DNA from: Octopus sinensis
Lineage: Eukaryota
Assembly (NCBI RefSeq): GCF_006345805.1
Contig: NC_043004.1
Location: 12,028,001-12,092,000 of the forward strand
Direction of reading: 5' to 3'
DNA length: 64,000 bases
Under the pieces are notes generated by a model. It ran no database searches, was not told the DNA's origin, and was given only the letters and a program-made list of their open reading frames with translations. The position numbers were made by a program, and so were the translations under genes. How positions within the stretch are numbered: the stretch's first letter is position 1; each line of letters opens with the position of its first letter. This document shows, piece by piece, positions 10,401 through 23,945 of the stretch.

Positions 10401-11117
10401 TGTACACTTTGGATCACACACACACTTATATTTCACTTTTAAGCATTGAGGGGCTTGTTTAATTATATCAACCTGAGTGAAATTTGAACTCAGAGCATAT
10501 CAGGACATAACTAAATATATAAGGTGTACATGTATGTTTGTTGGAATGTTGTACATTTATAAGTTCTAAAGCACTCAGAATTAGATTCTGACAATAAGCA
10601 TGCACTATTTGCTGCATACATATTCTTTGGGACACACAAACACAAAGCAAAATCTATACCTTCAAATTTTGTATATACATATGCACACACATTTTACACA
10701 CATACTGGGACACATGCATACACGTGCATATGCATACATATGCACAGATACGTTCTCTTCTTTACCATTTCCTCCTCCAAGCACTAGAGAGTTCTTACAA
10801 AGCTGCAATCGACAGCTTTGCAATGTACAGCCTTAAAATATCTTGGTTGTCTTGGAGATGTTAAAGATGCAAAGGCGTAGGTTGATTTGAGGCTTTAGTG
10901 GTGGTGGTGGTGGTGGTGGTATGTTGTATAGGTGATGCTCCTATATTGAGAGATAGGCAAGCAGCAGCCGCAGTAGTAGTAGTAGATTGATACTACAGTG
11001 GTTGTTGTTGCATAACCCTGGGCCAGGTTTGAACCAGAAAAACCTACAGCCGAAGGCATTCCAGTCATGACCATTCCCTTTGGTGTCTCCTTTCTTTTTT
11101 CTTTTTTTTTTAGTCCA

Positions 11118-11502
11118 TAGTTGCAGAAGTGGCTGTGTGGTAAATAGCTTGCTTACCAACCACATGGTTCTGGGTTCAGTCCCACTGCGTGGAACCTTGG
11201 GCAAGTGTCTTCGAATATAGGCTCAGGCTGACAAAAGCCTTGTAAGTGGATTTGGTTGGCAGGAACTGAAAAGAAGCCCATCATATATATGTTTGTGTGT
11301 CTGTATTTATCTCCCCACCATCACTTGACAACTGATGCTGGTGTGTTTACATCTCTCTAACTTAGTGGTTCAGCAAAAGAGTCCAATAGAATAAGTACTC
11401 AGATTACAAATGAATAAGTCCTGGAGCTGACTTTTTCAGCTGAAGGCGGTGCTCCAGCATGGCTGCAGTCAAATGACTGAAACAAATAAAAGAATAAAAG
11501 AA
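11118..11502 (+). mobile_element. SINE family A, full length
   Basis: Head, short central microsatellite and tail ending gaaacaaataaaagaataaaag. Confidence 0.88.
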
Positions 11503-12074
11503 CAGTGTACCTAAGACTACAATTTCCAATGTATCCATCCCATCCCATTTTATTTTCTAATCCAATAGGGTGTAATCTGATAGAAATCTAACTGTTACTT
11601 CTAGCTGGCCAAACAACCACATAAAGGAACTCTTTTGGGTCTCAGGTGTAGGAACACTCTGTGATAAATAGTTTGTTTGGCAGAATGAAAAAGGATTAAA
11701 AATGTTGTTCTGGATGTTTTGCATCTCCAGGTCAGCACTGACTGAGCTGAGCTATGATCAGACTCATTCCAGCTGTGGTCATCCCATCTTTTTCTAATGT
11801 GAAGAGAGCCCAGGACTACATTATCCAAGCATTTCCTTTTGTAAGATAGCAAGGTGCGATTAGAAGGAAATTCAGCTGCTATATCTAGCATGTTGAATTA
11901 TCACGTAAATGTGCCTGCCCTCCTCGATTCATCTCTTCAGCAGTGGTATCTAGAGACGATACAGATGCTATTTGAGATGGTATTAATGATAGCAGTGTCA
12001 TGGTTGCTATTGGTGATGGTTCTGTGGTTGTTTTTAATGCAAAATGTGTTGTTGTTGTTGTTGCAGACCCAGTT

Positions 12075-12415
12075 CAGTTCTGACAGAGCGAATCAACAGC
12101 AAATTTATAACCATCCCATCTTTAATTCTTGTTTATCTATTCTGTTCTTGTTTCTGACTGAGCAAGCCTGTAATGAAAGGCATTCCAGCTGTGACCATCC
12201 TACCTTTAATTTCTGTTTGTCTATTCCAACTATTCTTATTTATTTTCCTGACTGAGCAGGCAGCCTGCGATGAAAGGCTTTCTAGCTGTGACCACCCACC
12301 CTTAATTCCAGCTCATCTTAACTATTTCTATTACTGACTGAGAGCACTTAGAATGTAACACATTCCAGCTATGACCATCCCATCTTTTATTCTTGTTTGT
12401 CTGTTCTAAATATTC
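12075..12415 (+). repeat. Four degenerate tandem units of 74-94 bp (ctgactgagc..aaaggcattccagctgtgaccatcc..)
   Basis: Unit anchors at 12080, 12154, 12248 and 12334; solo relatives at ~11738 and ~11030. Confidence 0.8.
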
Positions 12416-12429
12416 ATATTCCTCAATTC

Positions 12430-12432
12430 ACC

Positions 12433-12466
<34 letters not shown>

Positions 12467-12720
12467 TTTAACATCCACCTTCGATGCTGGCATGGGTTGG
12501 ACTGTTTGATAGGAGCTGGCCACACAGGAGCTTGCACCAGACTTCTGTGTCTGTTTTGACTTGGGTTTTACCACTGGATGCCCTTCATAACACCAGCCAC
12601 CCAGCAGAGTAGACTGAGTGCTTTTTATGTGGCACCAACACAGGCGAGGTCAGTTTTGGCATGGTTTTTACAGCTGGATGCCCTTCCAAATGCCAACCAC
12701 TTTACAGTGTGGACTGGGTA
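12430..12720 (-). mobile_element. SINE family B fragment
   Basis: (CAT)n-tttaacatcc...catgctggcatgggttggac...gctggatgccctt. Confidence 0.8.
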
Positions 12721-13082
12721 CTTTAAGAAATGAAAGATTAACCGTTTAACATTCAGATTACTTCGTCAAATGTAATGCTTATCTATTCACATTGTTTTGA
12801 ATTAATCGTGCATTATCTCATAGCTTCAACATTTTGACGATATGACTGTTTATTTTTAGAATGACATTGTAGGAAAGGCGAAAGAAGCTAGATGTGGCCA
12901 GTTTGAACATAAAAAGTGTAGAACATTTAACATGTCCTTTCATTGTTTTTAAGATGGTTCAGTGTACTTTGAAGCAGATCAGCTGCTATTTCTACTTCCT
13001 TTTATACTATTGTGACCTTACCTGCCCATTCACCCTATCTAGTCCTCTGAACCACTTCTCTAGAGTTCACCTTCCTGTAACC

Positions 13083-13361
13083 CCGTAGTTCTCAATTGAG
13101 GTCAATATATCCATCAGGGGTTCATATGACCCTTAGAGATCCATATAAATTTTTTTTTTGTTAGAAAATTTACGTGGAATAAATTGGTCTTACTTCAACA
13201 GTACACAAAATATTTTAAAAATATTTTCTTATACAATTACTAATAATATTTCTTTATAAAAATGTAATAGAATTTTTGAGACATCAAGTGGCTATGAGGG
13301 TCCATCTGAGTAAAAGAAGAACCAAAGAGGTCCTTAGTTAAAAATTGGTTGAGAACCACTG
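13083..13361. mobile_element. hAT (Charlie/MER5-like) MITE
   Basis: TIRs ccgtagttctcaa and ttgagaaccactg. 8-bp TSD ctgtaacc and ctgcaacc. Confidence 0.85.
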
Positions 13362-13577
13362 CTGCAACCTGAGGTTATGCCCTGGCCCCTCTTCACCATC
13401 TTCTCTCTTTTAGCAACTGGGGCAGCCTTGTATTTCTTCTGTAATAAGACCCCTGTTTATATCTTACTACCATACTTTAATCTTTCATCACCTGGCATGA
13501 AGCCACCTCCCTCAAAACTATTCTCCCTTCTGCTGAGGTTGTCTTGTCTGGTGTTGGTGCCTTATAAAAATCACTAT

Positions 13578-13890
13578 GTGGAGGCACATGGCCTAGTGGT
13601 TAGAGCAGCGGACTCGTGATCGAGGGATCGCGGGTTCGAATTTCAGACCGAGCAATGTGTGTATTTATGAGCAAAACACCTAAGCTCCACGCGGCTCCAG
13701 CAGAAGGTAATGGCAAACTTCTGCTGACTCTTTTGCCACAACTTTCTCTCACTCTTTCCTCCTGCATCTTGCAGCTCACCTGCGATGGACCGGCGTCCCG
13801 TCCGGGTGGGGAACCTATACGCCAAAGAAACCAGGAAACCGGCCCTTATGAGCCAGGCATGGCTCGAGAAGGAACAAACAAACAACAAAC
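13578..13890 (+). mobile_element. Full-length tRNA-derived SINE (family C) with (AAAC)n tail
   Basis: A box tggcctagtgg, B box ggttcgaat, CpG-rich body and caaacaaacaacaaac tail. Confidence 0.88.
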
Positions 13891-14630
13891 ATAAAAAGTA
13901 CCAAGTATATTTTTCTGATGTGGTTGGTCTGAGGAAGGGCATCCAACCATAGAATCCGTATCCAAGTAAACATCGAAGCTTGGCACAGTCCTCTGGCTAG
14001 TTGGCTCCTGTCACACTGTCCAACCCATACCAGATTTTCAATAGGGAAATGGACATAAAATGACAACAATGATGATGATGATTATGACTCACCACATAAA
14101 AGCTCTCACACTAGCTTACATCTGGTCTGTTTTGTAGAAAAGGTGATGTTAAGCTTGTATTTGCGATGGTTATGCTGTGTTCTATCATAGTGGTCTGGTG
14201 TAGGGCCATGACCTGGAGGTGCTTCGTTTTGTGATTGTTATGATGTGATGGGGTGTGATTGTGGTCAGGTGTGTGTTGGAGATGAAGTAGTTGTGTGACG
14301 TCGGCTGTTGGTCTGTTGGCGATGATATAGTGTGGTGGTGGGCTTGTGTCTCGTGATTCTGATTATAGCTGCGTAGTTGCATGAGGACAGTGATGTGATG
14401 CAAAAGTGATGGTCGGTGGGTTGTGATTTTGGTCAGGTTTGTGATGGTGATGACGACGGTGATGATGATGATGTGGTGTAGCACTGCATGGTATAGTATG
14501 CAATGTCGGTAACTGTGTGCTTGCGGCATATATGTGGTATACGATTCTGCGATGATGTTATTTAAGTATTTGTGGTGTGCTGTGTGCTGTGATAATGTTT
14601 GTCTGATTTCGCAATAGTGTTCGATACCTT

Positions 14631-14673
<43 letters not shown>

Positions 14674-15033
14674 CATTGCCACCACTGCCATTACCAGCAG
14701 ACAAATCCATTAAACACTTATGTGGAACCAATAAAAGAAATCTTTCAGACTTCAATAAGTCCAAGGATATGCCAAAACCGGAGGAGCAGCAGAGGGCTGC
14801 TGTGACAATGATGTGTAGTTGTGGGGAGCTGAGGTTGTATAGAAATTTTATAGAAACACAGAACAATGTCACAAACTGCTGAACAATTCAGCAACAGTAA
14901 AAACTACCTTCACCACCTCAACCACGACCACCTCCTCTGATACTTCAGCTTGTTCTAGGTACCAAACCATGCTCATTCTTTTATCACTCTCTTGTAATTC
15001 TCTTTATTATATTATCCCAACTCCCACCACTAC

Positions 15034-15078
<45 letters not shown>

Positions 15079-15420
15079 ATTATTTATATTATTGTTTCTC
15101 TCTCTCTCTCTCTCTCTTTCTTTTCCTCCTCTCTGTCTCTCTTTCCATCCACTTAGATTTCCATTTTCTTTTGACTGCCTCTATTACTATCTTCTTCACC
15201 ATTTTATGGCTCTGCCCCCCCCCTCCTCAGTTTCGTCCCCTCTTAACTTTGTTCCCCCTCCTTGCTTTCTGTCAGTCTCTCTCTCTCACTCTCTCTCTCT
15301 CTCCATTTACTTTATTCTGCTGCCCCATCTTTCTTGCCTCCTTTCATTCTATATACTTTTCTACACCCTTCAACTTCGCCTCAACCCACCACTCTTGTAG
15401 AGGAATAAAGAAAGCTGGAC

Positions 15421-15440
15421 GGGGTGGGTGGGGTTGGGGG
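15421..15440 (+). other. Canonical G-quadruplex motif
   Basis: GGGG-T-GGG-T-GGGG-TT-GGGGG. Confidence 0.6.
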
Positions 15441-15779
15441 CTAAGAAAAATCTTGCTTCTTTTTTAAAGTACCAGTCGTTCCTTCATTTGTTTTTTCTTC
15501 CTTTCTTTCTTTAATACTCTTTTTTTTAAAATTTTTTATTTCTGTCTCTTTACAGAAACCTCATTCCTCTTGTATTTTATTCATCTATTCCCATTATCAT
15601 CATCATCGTCATCATTATCATCTACTACCAGTATAAACCTCATCGCCTTCCTACCTAAAGATGATTATTTTGATAGTGATCATAATGATAATCATCACTA
15701 TCATCATCATCATCATCATCACAAACCATCATCATTACAAACCATCATCATAACAAACCATCATCATTATCATTACGTA

Positions 15780-16105
15780 AAAAGAACCATCCAAATATGG
15801 TCGATGTCAGGTCCGCCCAACTGGCTCCCATGCCAGTGGCATGTAAAAAGCACCAACCGATCATGACCGATGCCAGTACCCGCTGAGTGGCTCTTGTGGT
15901 GGTGGCACATAAAACGCACCATCTGAATGTGACAAATGCTAGGCCTGTCTGACTGGCTCCTGTGCCTGTGGCACATGAAAAGCACCCACTACACTCTCAG
16001 GGTGGTTGGCATTAGGAAGGGCATCCAGCTGTAGAAACTTTTCCAGATCGGATTGGAGGCTGGTGCAGCCACTGGCTCTCCAGACCCCAGTCAAACCGGG
16101 ATGAT
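15780..16105 (+). mobile_element. SINE family B
   Basis: Internal gccagtggcatgtaaaaagcacc repeats and the ttggcattaggaagggcatccagctgtagaaac core. Confidence 0.82.
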
Positions 16106-16988
16106 AAAACTCAAAGCAGATAAGCCTATAAACAATAGCATGTCATTATATGATTCTTAGTTATTGTATAACCTGATGAGTTGGGAGAAATATGATGTGA
16201 CGTATTGCAGATTCTTATGAAGTTTGTATGTTAATAAATGTCATGTTGTATATACACAATTTCTTTCTATGAAATCCACTCACAAGGTATTGTGTGGCCC
16301 AAGTCTACAGTGGAAGATACTTGCCCAAGGCTACAGTGGAAGGTACTTGCCCAAGATGCTGCACAGCAAGACTGAACCCAAAGTCATGTGATATACTGTC
16401 ATGCTTGAATTGAGAAACCGGTATGGCAAGAGAAGAAAAACAGGAATCAAACAGGATTGAAGTGTAAAAATAACTGGAATAGCTAAACATGAACAAAACA
16501 GAATAAAAATAATGAAGCAAGAATTACAGGATTTGAGAATAAGAATAGTAGAATAAACAAACAGGAATTAAACAGAATTGAAGAATAAGAAAAGACAAGA
16601 TGAATTATTTAAGAGAATTGAGGATTAAGAATAATTAGAATAGACAGGAATTTCAATTAAGTTTAATAAATGATTTTGATATAGATTAATCGGTTGTGTT
16701 CTCTGATGTTGTGATTTTGAAAGGGTTAGGGCGAAAATGACCCCAGGGTGGCAGACCTGTCAATAGAATTTACCTCATTAATTTCATATTCTGTCCCATA
16801 TTTGAAAATATAGCTAAGCATACATCTGCATATAATAGGGTATATCCAGCACTCAGTAAGCACCTATAGGCAATGCCTGCATATATATATATATACATAT
16901 ATATACACAAGCACACACATTTAGATATACATTGTGCTTAACGTATATATATAGACATATGCACATATCCTAATATAAACATACACAT

Positions 16989-17440
16989 ATGTGGCTGTGT
17001 AGTAAGAAACTTGCTTCGCAACCACAGGCTTCCGGGTTCAGTCTCACTACATGGCACCTTGGGCAAGTGTCTTCTAATATAGCCTCGGACCAATCAAAGC
17101 CTTGTGAGGGATTTATTAGATGGAAACTGAAAGAAGCCCATCATAAGTATATATATATGTGTGTGTGTGTGTATGTATATATATATATATTAAAATATAT
17201 GTGTGTGTGTATGTATATATGTGTGTGTGTGTGTTTGTCCCCTCCACCATCACTTGACAGCTAATGCTAGTGTATTTATGTCTCCATGACTTAGCAGCTC
17301 AGCAATAGAGACTGATAGAATAAGCACTAGGCTTACAAAAATTAAATCCTAGGATCAATTTGTTCGACTAAATCTCTTCAAGGCAGTGCTCCAGCATGGC
17401 CACAGTCAAATGACAGAAACAAGTAAAAGAATAAGGAATA
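16989..17440 (+). mobile_element. SINE family A, full length with central (TA/TG)n
   Basis: Head, microsatellite and tail architecture. Confidence 0.88.
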
Positions 17441-18062
17441 CATTGTGTGTGTGTGTGTGTGTGTAAAGTGTGTGGCTCAGTGTCTGTGTAAAGAAGGAAT
17501 GCTCATCTTTTAAACAAGATCTGACGATCTTTCATCGTTTGTTTCAGTCATTGGGCTGTGGCCATGCTGGGGCATAGCCTTGAAGGAAATTTAGTCAAAC
17601 AAATCAACCTCAGTACTTGTTTTCAGATTTGGTACTTATTCTATCAGTCTCTTTTGTTGAACTGCTAAGTTACAAAGACAAAAACAAACTAACAATGCTT
17701 GTCAAACAGTGGGGAGACAGGGACAGAAACACACACACACAAAATTACATATGGCAGGCTTCTACACAGTTTCCATCTACTAAATTCACTCACAAAGCGT
17801 TGGTTAGTGAGGTGCCACACAGCAGAACTGAACTTGAAGAGCTGAATATTTTTTTATTAAGAATTTTCACATTTTCTATTGAGTCCGTTTTAGCAAAGGA
17901 CATCACTGGATTTTAAGGAAAGGAGACAGTAACACACACATATATATCATCATCATCATCATCGTCATCGTTTAATGTCCACTTTCCATGCTGGCATGGG
18001 TTGGACAGTTTGACTTAGAACTGGCAAGCCAGAAGGCTGTACCAGACTCCATTCTAATCTGG

Positions 18063-18108
<46 letters not shown>

Positions 18109-18589
18109 TAGATAGAGAGAGAGATATACATAGACACAATTATAATTAAGGGCAAAGGAAAAAAATTGTCTGTGCCAATATGCTGCAAAATAGACTTAAG
18201 ATCGTGTAACCACATAAATATTTTTCACTATAAATACACCGCATGTTCAAAACATGGAAACCAAGCTAAGAAATTTTTAAATTCCAATATCCCTGAATTG
18301 GACCAATTTCTGGATTAACCCAGAAGGACCCCTCCTTCATCAGTCAGGAACACAGTAAGAATAAATTTAATAGATACATATACCCATGCACACACACACC
18401 ACACACACACACACACAATGAACTTTAAGTTTCTATCTCAAAATTTCACTCTGAAGGCATTGGTTGGCCTAGAGCTTAAGTAGATATAACACTTGCCCAA
18501 GGTCCCATGCAGTGGAACTGAACCTGGAACCATGTAGTTAGGAATCGAACATATTACCATACAGCCAAATCATATTAAACACATACTAT

Positions 18590-18925
18590 CTCTGAGACCC
18601 CCTTTGGTCATGATTGACCATGGGGTTGCACCTAGAAAGTTACCCTCACAGGCAAAAGTTCAGGCAAGGTTGTTTACGGAAGACCAGCAATCGCCCATGC
18701 ATACTGGTCTCCCCTCCACGCCTCCAGTGTTACCCAAGGGAAAGGCAAAAGCCGGTACACCTTGGCACCTGTGACGTCGCAACTCATTTCTACAGCTGAG
18801 TGAACTGGAGCAACATGAAATAAAGTGTCTTGCTCAAAAACACAACACACAGCTTGGTCCGGGATTCCAGCTCACAACCTCATGATCGCAAGCTCGACTC
18901 TCTAACCACTGAGCCATGTGCCTTC
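18590..18925 (-). mobile_element. Full-length tRNA-derived SINE (family F; shares head with family E)
   Basis: Head tgaaggcacatggctcagtggttagagag. 13-bp TSD aaacacatactat (18577-18589) and aaatacatactat (18926-18938). Confidence 0.88.
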
Positions 18926-21066
18926 AAATACATACTATATGTATCTGTGTTTGTGTGTCTGCTTGTGTGTTTGTCTCCTCCATAGACCCCTAATTATTCT
19001 GTTTGTCTCCTGCGTAGACCCCTAATTATTCACAAACCATCTCAGATCAAGATAAGAAGTCTGAAGTTGACAGGTTTCTTTGTGATTAAAACATTATTGA
19101 ATCAACATTGACTGATAAAGATAGTACAGAGCTCCCCCCCCCACACACACACATACACATGCACATATGAATATTACTCAGAGACATATAGCAACACACA
19201 TAGATACACATGAACACACGCAGACACATCTGCACTTTTACATAGACAGGCACACATTTGCACATAAATACATTAACTCACTCACATATACCTACACATA
19301 CATACATATATACACACATACACACACACACACTTACACATGTATGTATACATATAATACCAAAAGACTGATGCACAGCAACACACATGAACACAAACTC
19401 AAATACACACACACTCCAACACAGACAAGTACACATATACACACTAACACACTCACATACACTAACATGTACCTATATACCTCCACACACACACACATCT
19501 ACATACACAAATTTCTTTGTAGTAAAACAGTAAAACAAAACAATTAAACACAAAGCCAAATGTTTCATGACTAAACTGCGTTAATAAATTAACAACGTGT
19601 TAAGCTGTGTGTACGTTTTGATGCCGTAATGTACTTTAGAGTAAATGTAAAGTTTTTCGCCGACACTGCGTGTGTAAATTAAATTACATACAATTTGCTG
19701 TGTATTTAATTTAGTTTAATTAGAGACACTGTGTCGACTGGAAACTTAGATTTTCTCTAATGTACATTATAACCATTGATCTATGGTTACATATATCAAA
19801 TAATATATCCATGTATGTGTGCATATGTATATCATTATATGTATGTACATGTGTGTATGATGATGTATGTGTGTGTATATATATAATGTATGTATGTGTA
19901 TAGTATATACACGTGTATGGTGTCATGCATATGCATTATCAACATTGTCATTTTAATCTCCTCTTTTCCATGTTTCCATGGGAGAGAGGAAATTAGTTGA
20001 AGCAGATTTTCTACAGCTGGGTGCTCTTTCTGTTGCTAACAGTCATTTGTTTCATTTAAAAGAAGCTAATTTCCCTTAGTTACTCAGACACAAATAGTAC
20101 AATGTGATTCATGCAAGCATAGAAAGTGGACATTAAGACAATGATGGACACAACATGGCATTCTGTCAGTTACAGTGATGATAGTTCCAATTGATATGAT
20201 TGATCGAACAACCTGCTTGTGAAATTAACATGCAAGTGGCTGAGCACTCCACAGACATGTGTACCCTTAATGTAGTTGTCAGGGAGATTCAGTGTGGCAC
20301 AGAATGTTACAGGGATGAACCTTTGGAATACAGGTACAGGTCATTATTTGATCACATTTGAGAGGATGGAAAGCAAAGTCAGCCTTCATGGAATTTTAAT
20401 TTAGAAAGTAAAGATGAATGAATTGCTGCTAAGCATTTCATCTAGCATGTCAACCATTCTGGCAGCTCACTCCCTTTATAATAATGATGGACTCTTCCGC
20501 TGAAGATGATGTATGAGTCTCCAGCTTTTGCTGAATGACATGTACAAAGGATTTGCTTATAGTGATCAAATGTATGTGTTGTACATTTGCTAATTCCCTG
20601 CATCTAATGAAGGTTGCATGAACAAGTGCACAATGTATCATGCATTAGGTGTTGAAGTGATCACAGAGCAATATGAGACAGTTTTGTTCAAGAATACAAC
20701 ACGCCACCCTGTCTAGGAATTAAACTTATGATCTTGCAATCATGAGCAACCACTAAGAACCTAAGAGCCTAACCACTAAGCCATACGCACTCACTTCATA
20801 ATAATAATAATAATAATGATGATGATCCTTTCTGCTGTAGGCACAAAGCCTGAAATTTGGTGGGAGGGGGGTAAATTCGATTACATCAACCCCAATGTTT
20901 CACTGGTACTTAATTTATCAACTCTGAGAGGATGAAAAGCAAAGTCAACCTCGAGGAAATTTGAACCCAGAATGTAAAGATGGACCGAAATGTTCCTAAG
21001 CATTCTGCTCAGCAAGCTAACAATTCTCTCAGCTCCCCACCTTCAACAGCAACAACAACAATAATG

Positions 21067-21103
<37 letters not shown>

Positions 21104-21138
21104 TATTATTATTATTATTATTATGAAGTAATGAAAGG

Positions 21139-21176
<38 letters not shown>

Positions 21177-21601
21177 TAATACTATCACCATTAATTGATC
21201 CCTGTATCAGCCAGTAAACCATAACATACTGAAAAATTTAGGATGGTTCCAGACTTTTAACTTGGAGGTATCTAGGGGGTTCATCTACATATATATATAT
21301 ATATGTATAGTGTGAGTGTGTGTGTGTGTGAAAGTCACACCCCACAGAGCAACTTGGCATTGAGCATGGATGTGGACATAATTCAGTCAGAATTCAAACA
21401 TTATAAATTAAAGAATTGCTGCGTTTTGGGAATATTAAAACGATTCCGGTGGAGAATTTTTCATACATTAATTGAAATCAATATCTACATTATTTACATA
21501 GATTGAGGTATGCATACATTTATGTATGTATCTATGTATATATGTGCATGTTTGTGTGTGCCTATGTGTATGTGGTGTATGTGTGTGCGTGTGCATGTAT
21601 G

Positions 21602-21681
<80 letters not shown>

Positions 21682-22458
21682 TATACACACTTTTATTCAT
21701 ATACACAGTTATATGTGCATATATTTTTGCATGTATCTGTATATAATTAAATAGGCTTTTCTCAGGAATATGTCTGTCTGTGATACAGGTATGGCTGAGT
21801 GGTTAAGGAGGTCACCTCATGCTAATAATGTCCTAGTTTCAATGCAACCATATGGTGTCTCAGACAAGTGTCTTTTTGAGTTGACGCAAACCTTGTAAAC
21901 GAGACTGGGCACATAGGAGCTGACAACACCCTTCAGATGGGGTATTTTCATAGTACATTATTGATACAAATATCTGTAAAATACTCATTCATTTTCACTA
22001 GTGAAGAGGCATTTTTATTGGTTCATCTTATGGTATGGGAGAAATGAAAGGCACAGCTGTGTGGTAAGAAGCTTGCTTCCCAACCACATGCTTTTGGGTT
22101 CAATCCCAGTGTATTTCATCTTGGGCAAGTGTCTTTTACTACAGCCTTGGGCTGACCAAAGCCTTGTGAGTGGATTTGGTAAATGGAAACTGAAAGAAGC
22201 CCATTATATATATGTGTGTGTGTGTGTTTGTGTATGTCATTTATTCTACCAGTTTTATATTAAAACCTATGAGATTTGGCTTTTCACACCTATCCCACAA
22301 TGTTATTCTAAATGTAAACAAACAGGTGCAGGTATGGCTGTGTAATAAGAAGCTTGCTTCCCAACCACATGAAGAAATTCGAAAATACAAAGTAAATTTA
22401 TATGTTTGCGAAAATGATTTTCAGATAGACCTTTCTCATTTTTTTTTTTACTGCCAAG

Positions 22459-22504
22459 GGACATCACTGGACATATATTTCTGCCTATTAGACCTCATCG
22501 GCAC
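22459..22504 (+). CDS. Candidate 46-nt coding exon
   Basis: T-rich acceptor ...tttttactgccaag and donor CAC|gtatgg. Frames DITGHIFLPIRPHRH or TSLDIYFCLLDLIG. Confidence 0.25.
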
Positions 22505-22969
22505 GTATGGAAAAACACACTCAAAAACTAATTTTCAACTGAGGAAATCTACATAATTAAAAATAGAACAAGCTAAGGGAAATAACTGAAATGAACCTAA
22601 GGCAAGAATTTGAAAAATTGTGTTAAATCTGAAAAGCAACAACAATAAAAATAGAAACAAGCATTTAATGAAAATTCTGCGAAAGGTCAAGAAATAAATA
22701 TTCAACGACAGTCTTTGATATTTATATTCCGCCTTGTTTTTTTTTTTTGGAGAATTTCTATCATGAATGTGACTTGAGATCATCTCTTTGATTACAAGAT
22801 AAGGTAGCTTATTAGAGCGGTGAAGTAGGTGGAAGGGTGGTTGAGTGGTTGGGGTGGGGGCTGGGATATTGTGCTGGTTGATTGCTGCTATGATGGCAAC
22901 AGTTATTGGTCTTTGGAATATTGGCATAATTTCCTGTGAGATTTCAAATAGCAGGAATGGTATTATTCA

Positions 22970-23945
22970 CATACATGCAAGCACTCACACACCCATGCAT
23001 ACAGGTGTACACACACATACATGCAAGCACAGGTGCATACACACAAGCACACACACATGCAGGCACACACACTCATACATACATGCACACACACACACAC
23101 ACACATACATGCAAGCACACACACATACGTGCAAGCATACATACATACATACATGCAAGCCCACGCACAGACACATGGGCACACACACATACAGGCAAGC
23201 ACACATGCATACACCTGAGCACACACACATACACACAAACACATACACCTGCATCAAGCACACACACACCTATACATGCAAACACACACATACACACACA
23301 CACACACACACCTATACATGCAAACACACACATACACACACACACACACACACATACACATGCAAACACACTCACATGCATACACTGACATGCCCATGCT
23401 AACACACACACTCAGACAAACACTTACACACATACACATGTGTGTATTTCTGTATATGCAATTACATGCATATGTGTATGTGTGTATTTGTAAAATCATG
23501 TGCATATGTGTGTGTATATAGAAATACACGCGTGGGAGCATTTGTATTTCCATGTGTGTATGCATGTGTGTGTGAAAATATACTTGTATGCATGTGTATT
23601 TGTACATGTGTGTGTGACTGTTTGAGAAAACACATGTGTATGCATGTGTGTGTAAAAATATGTGTGTGTGCATGTGTATTTGTATGTGTGCATGTATGTG
23701 AGGGTTTTAAAATACACACATGTATGCATGTGTATTTGTATGTATATGTGTGAATGTCTAAAAAGACACAGGTGTGTGTATGTGTGTATACGTGTGTGTG
23801 AGTATAAAAATAAACATGTGTGCATGCATATATGTATGTGTGTATATGCATGTGTGTGCATGTAAATTTTGTTAGCAACCACCTGCATCTTCTCTGTACA
23901 TACATGCATGTGTATGTGTGTGTGTGTGTGTGTATGTTTGCATAG
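22970..23945. repeat. About 1 kb compound (CA)-rich then (TG)-rich degenerate satellite
   Basis: It is the source of many spurious H/T/C/V/Y ORFs. The CA arm runs ~22970-23430 and the TG arm ~23430-23945. Confidence 0.9.

Noticed and set aside
13578-13660. tRNA gene
   Set aside because: A and B boxes are present but no acceptor stem or cloverleaf closes, and the sequence continues into a SINE body with a simple-repeat tail. The same applies to 10020-10094.
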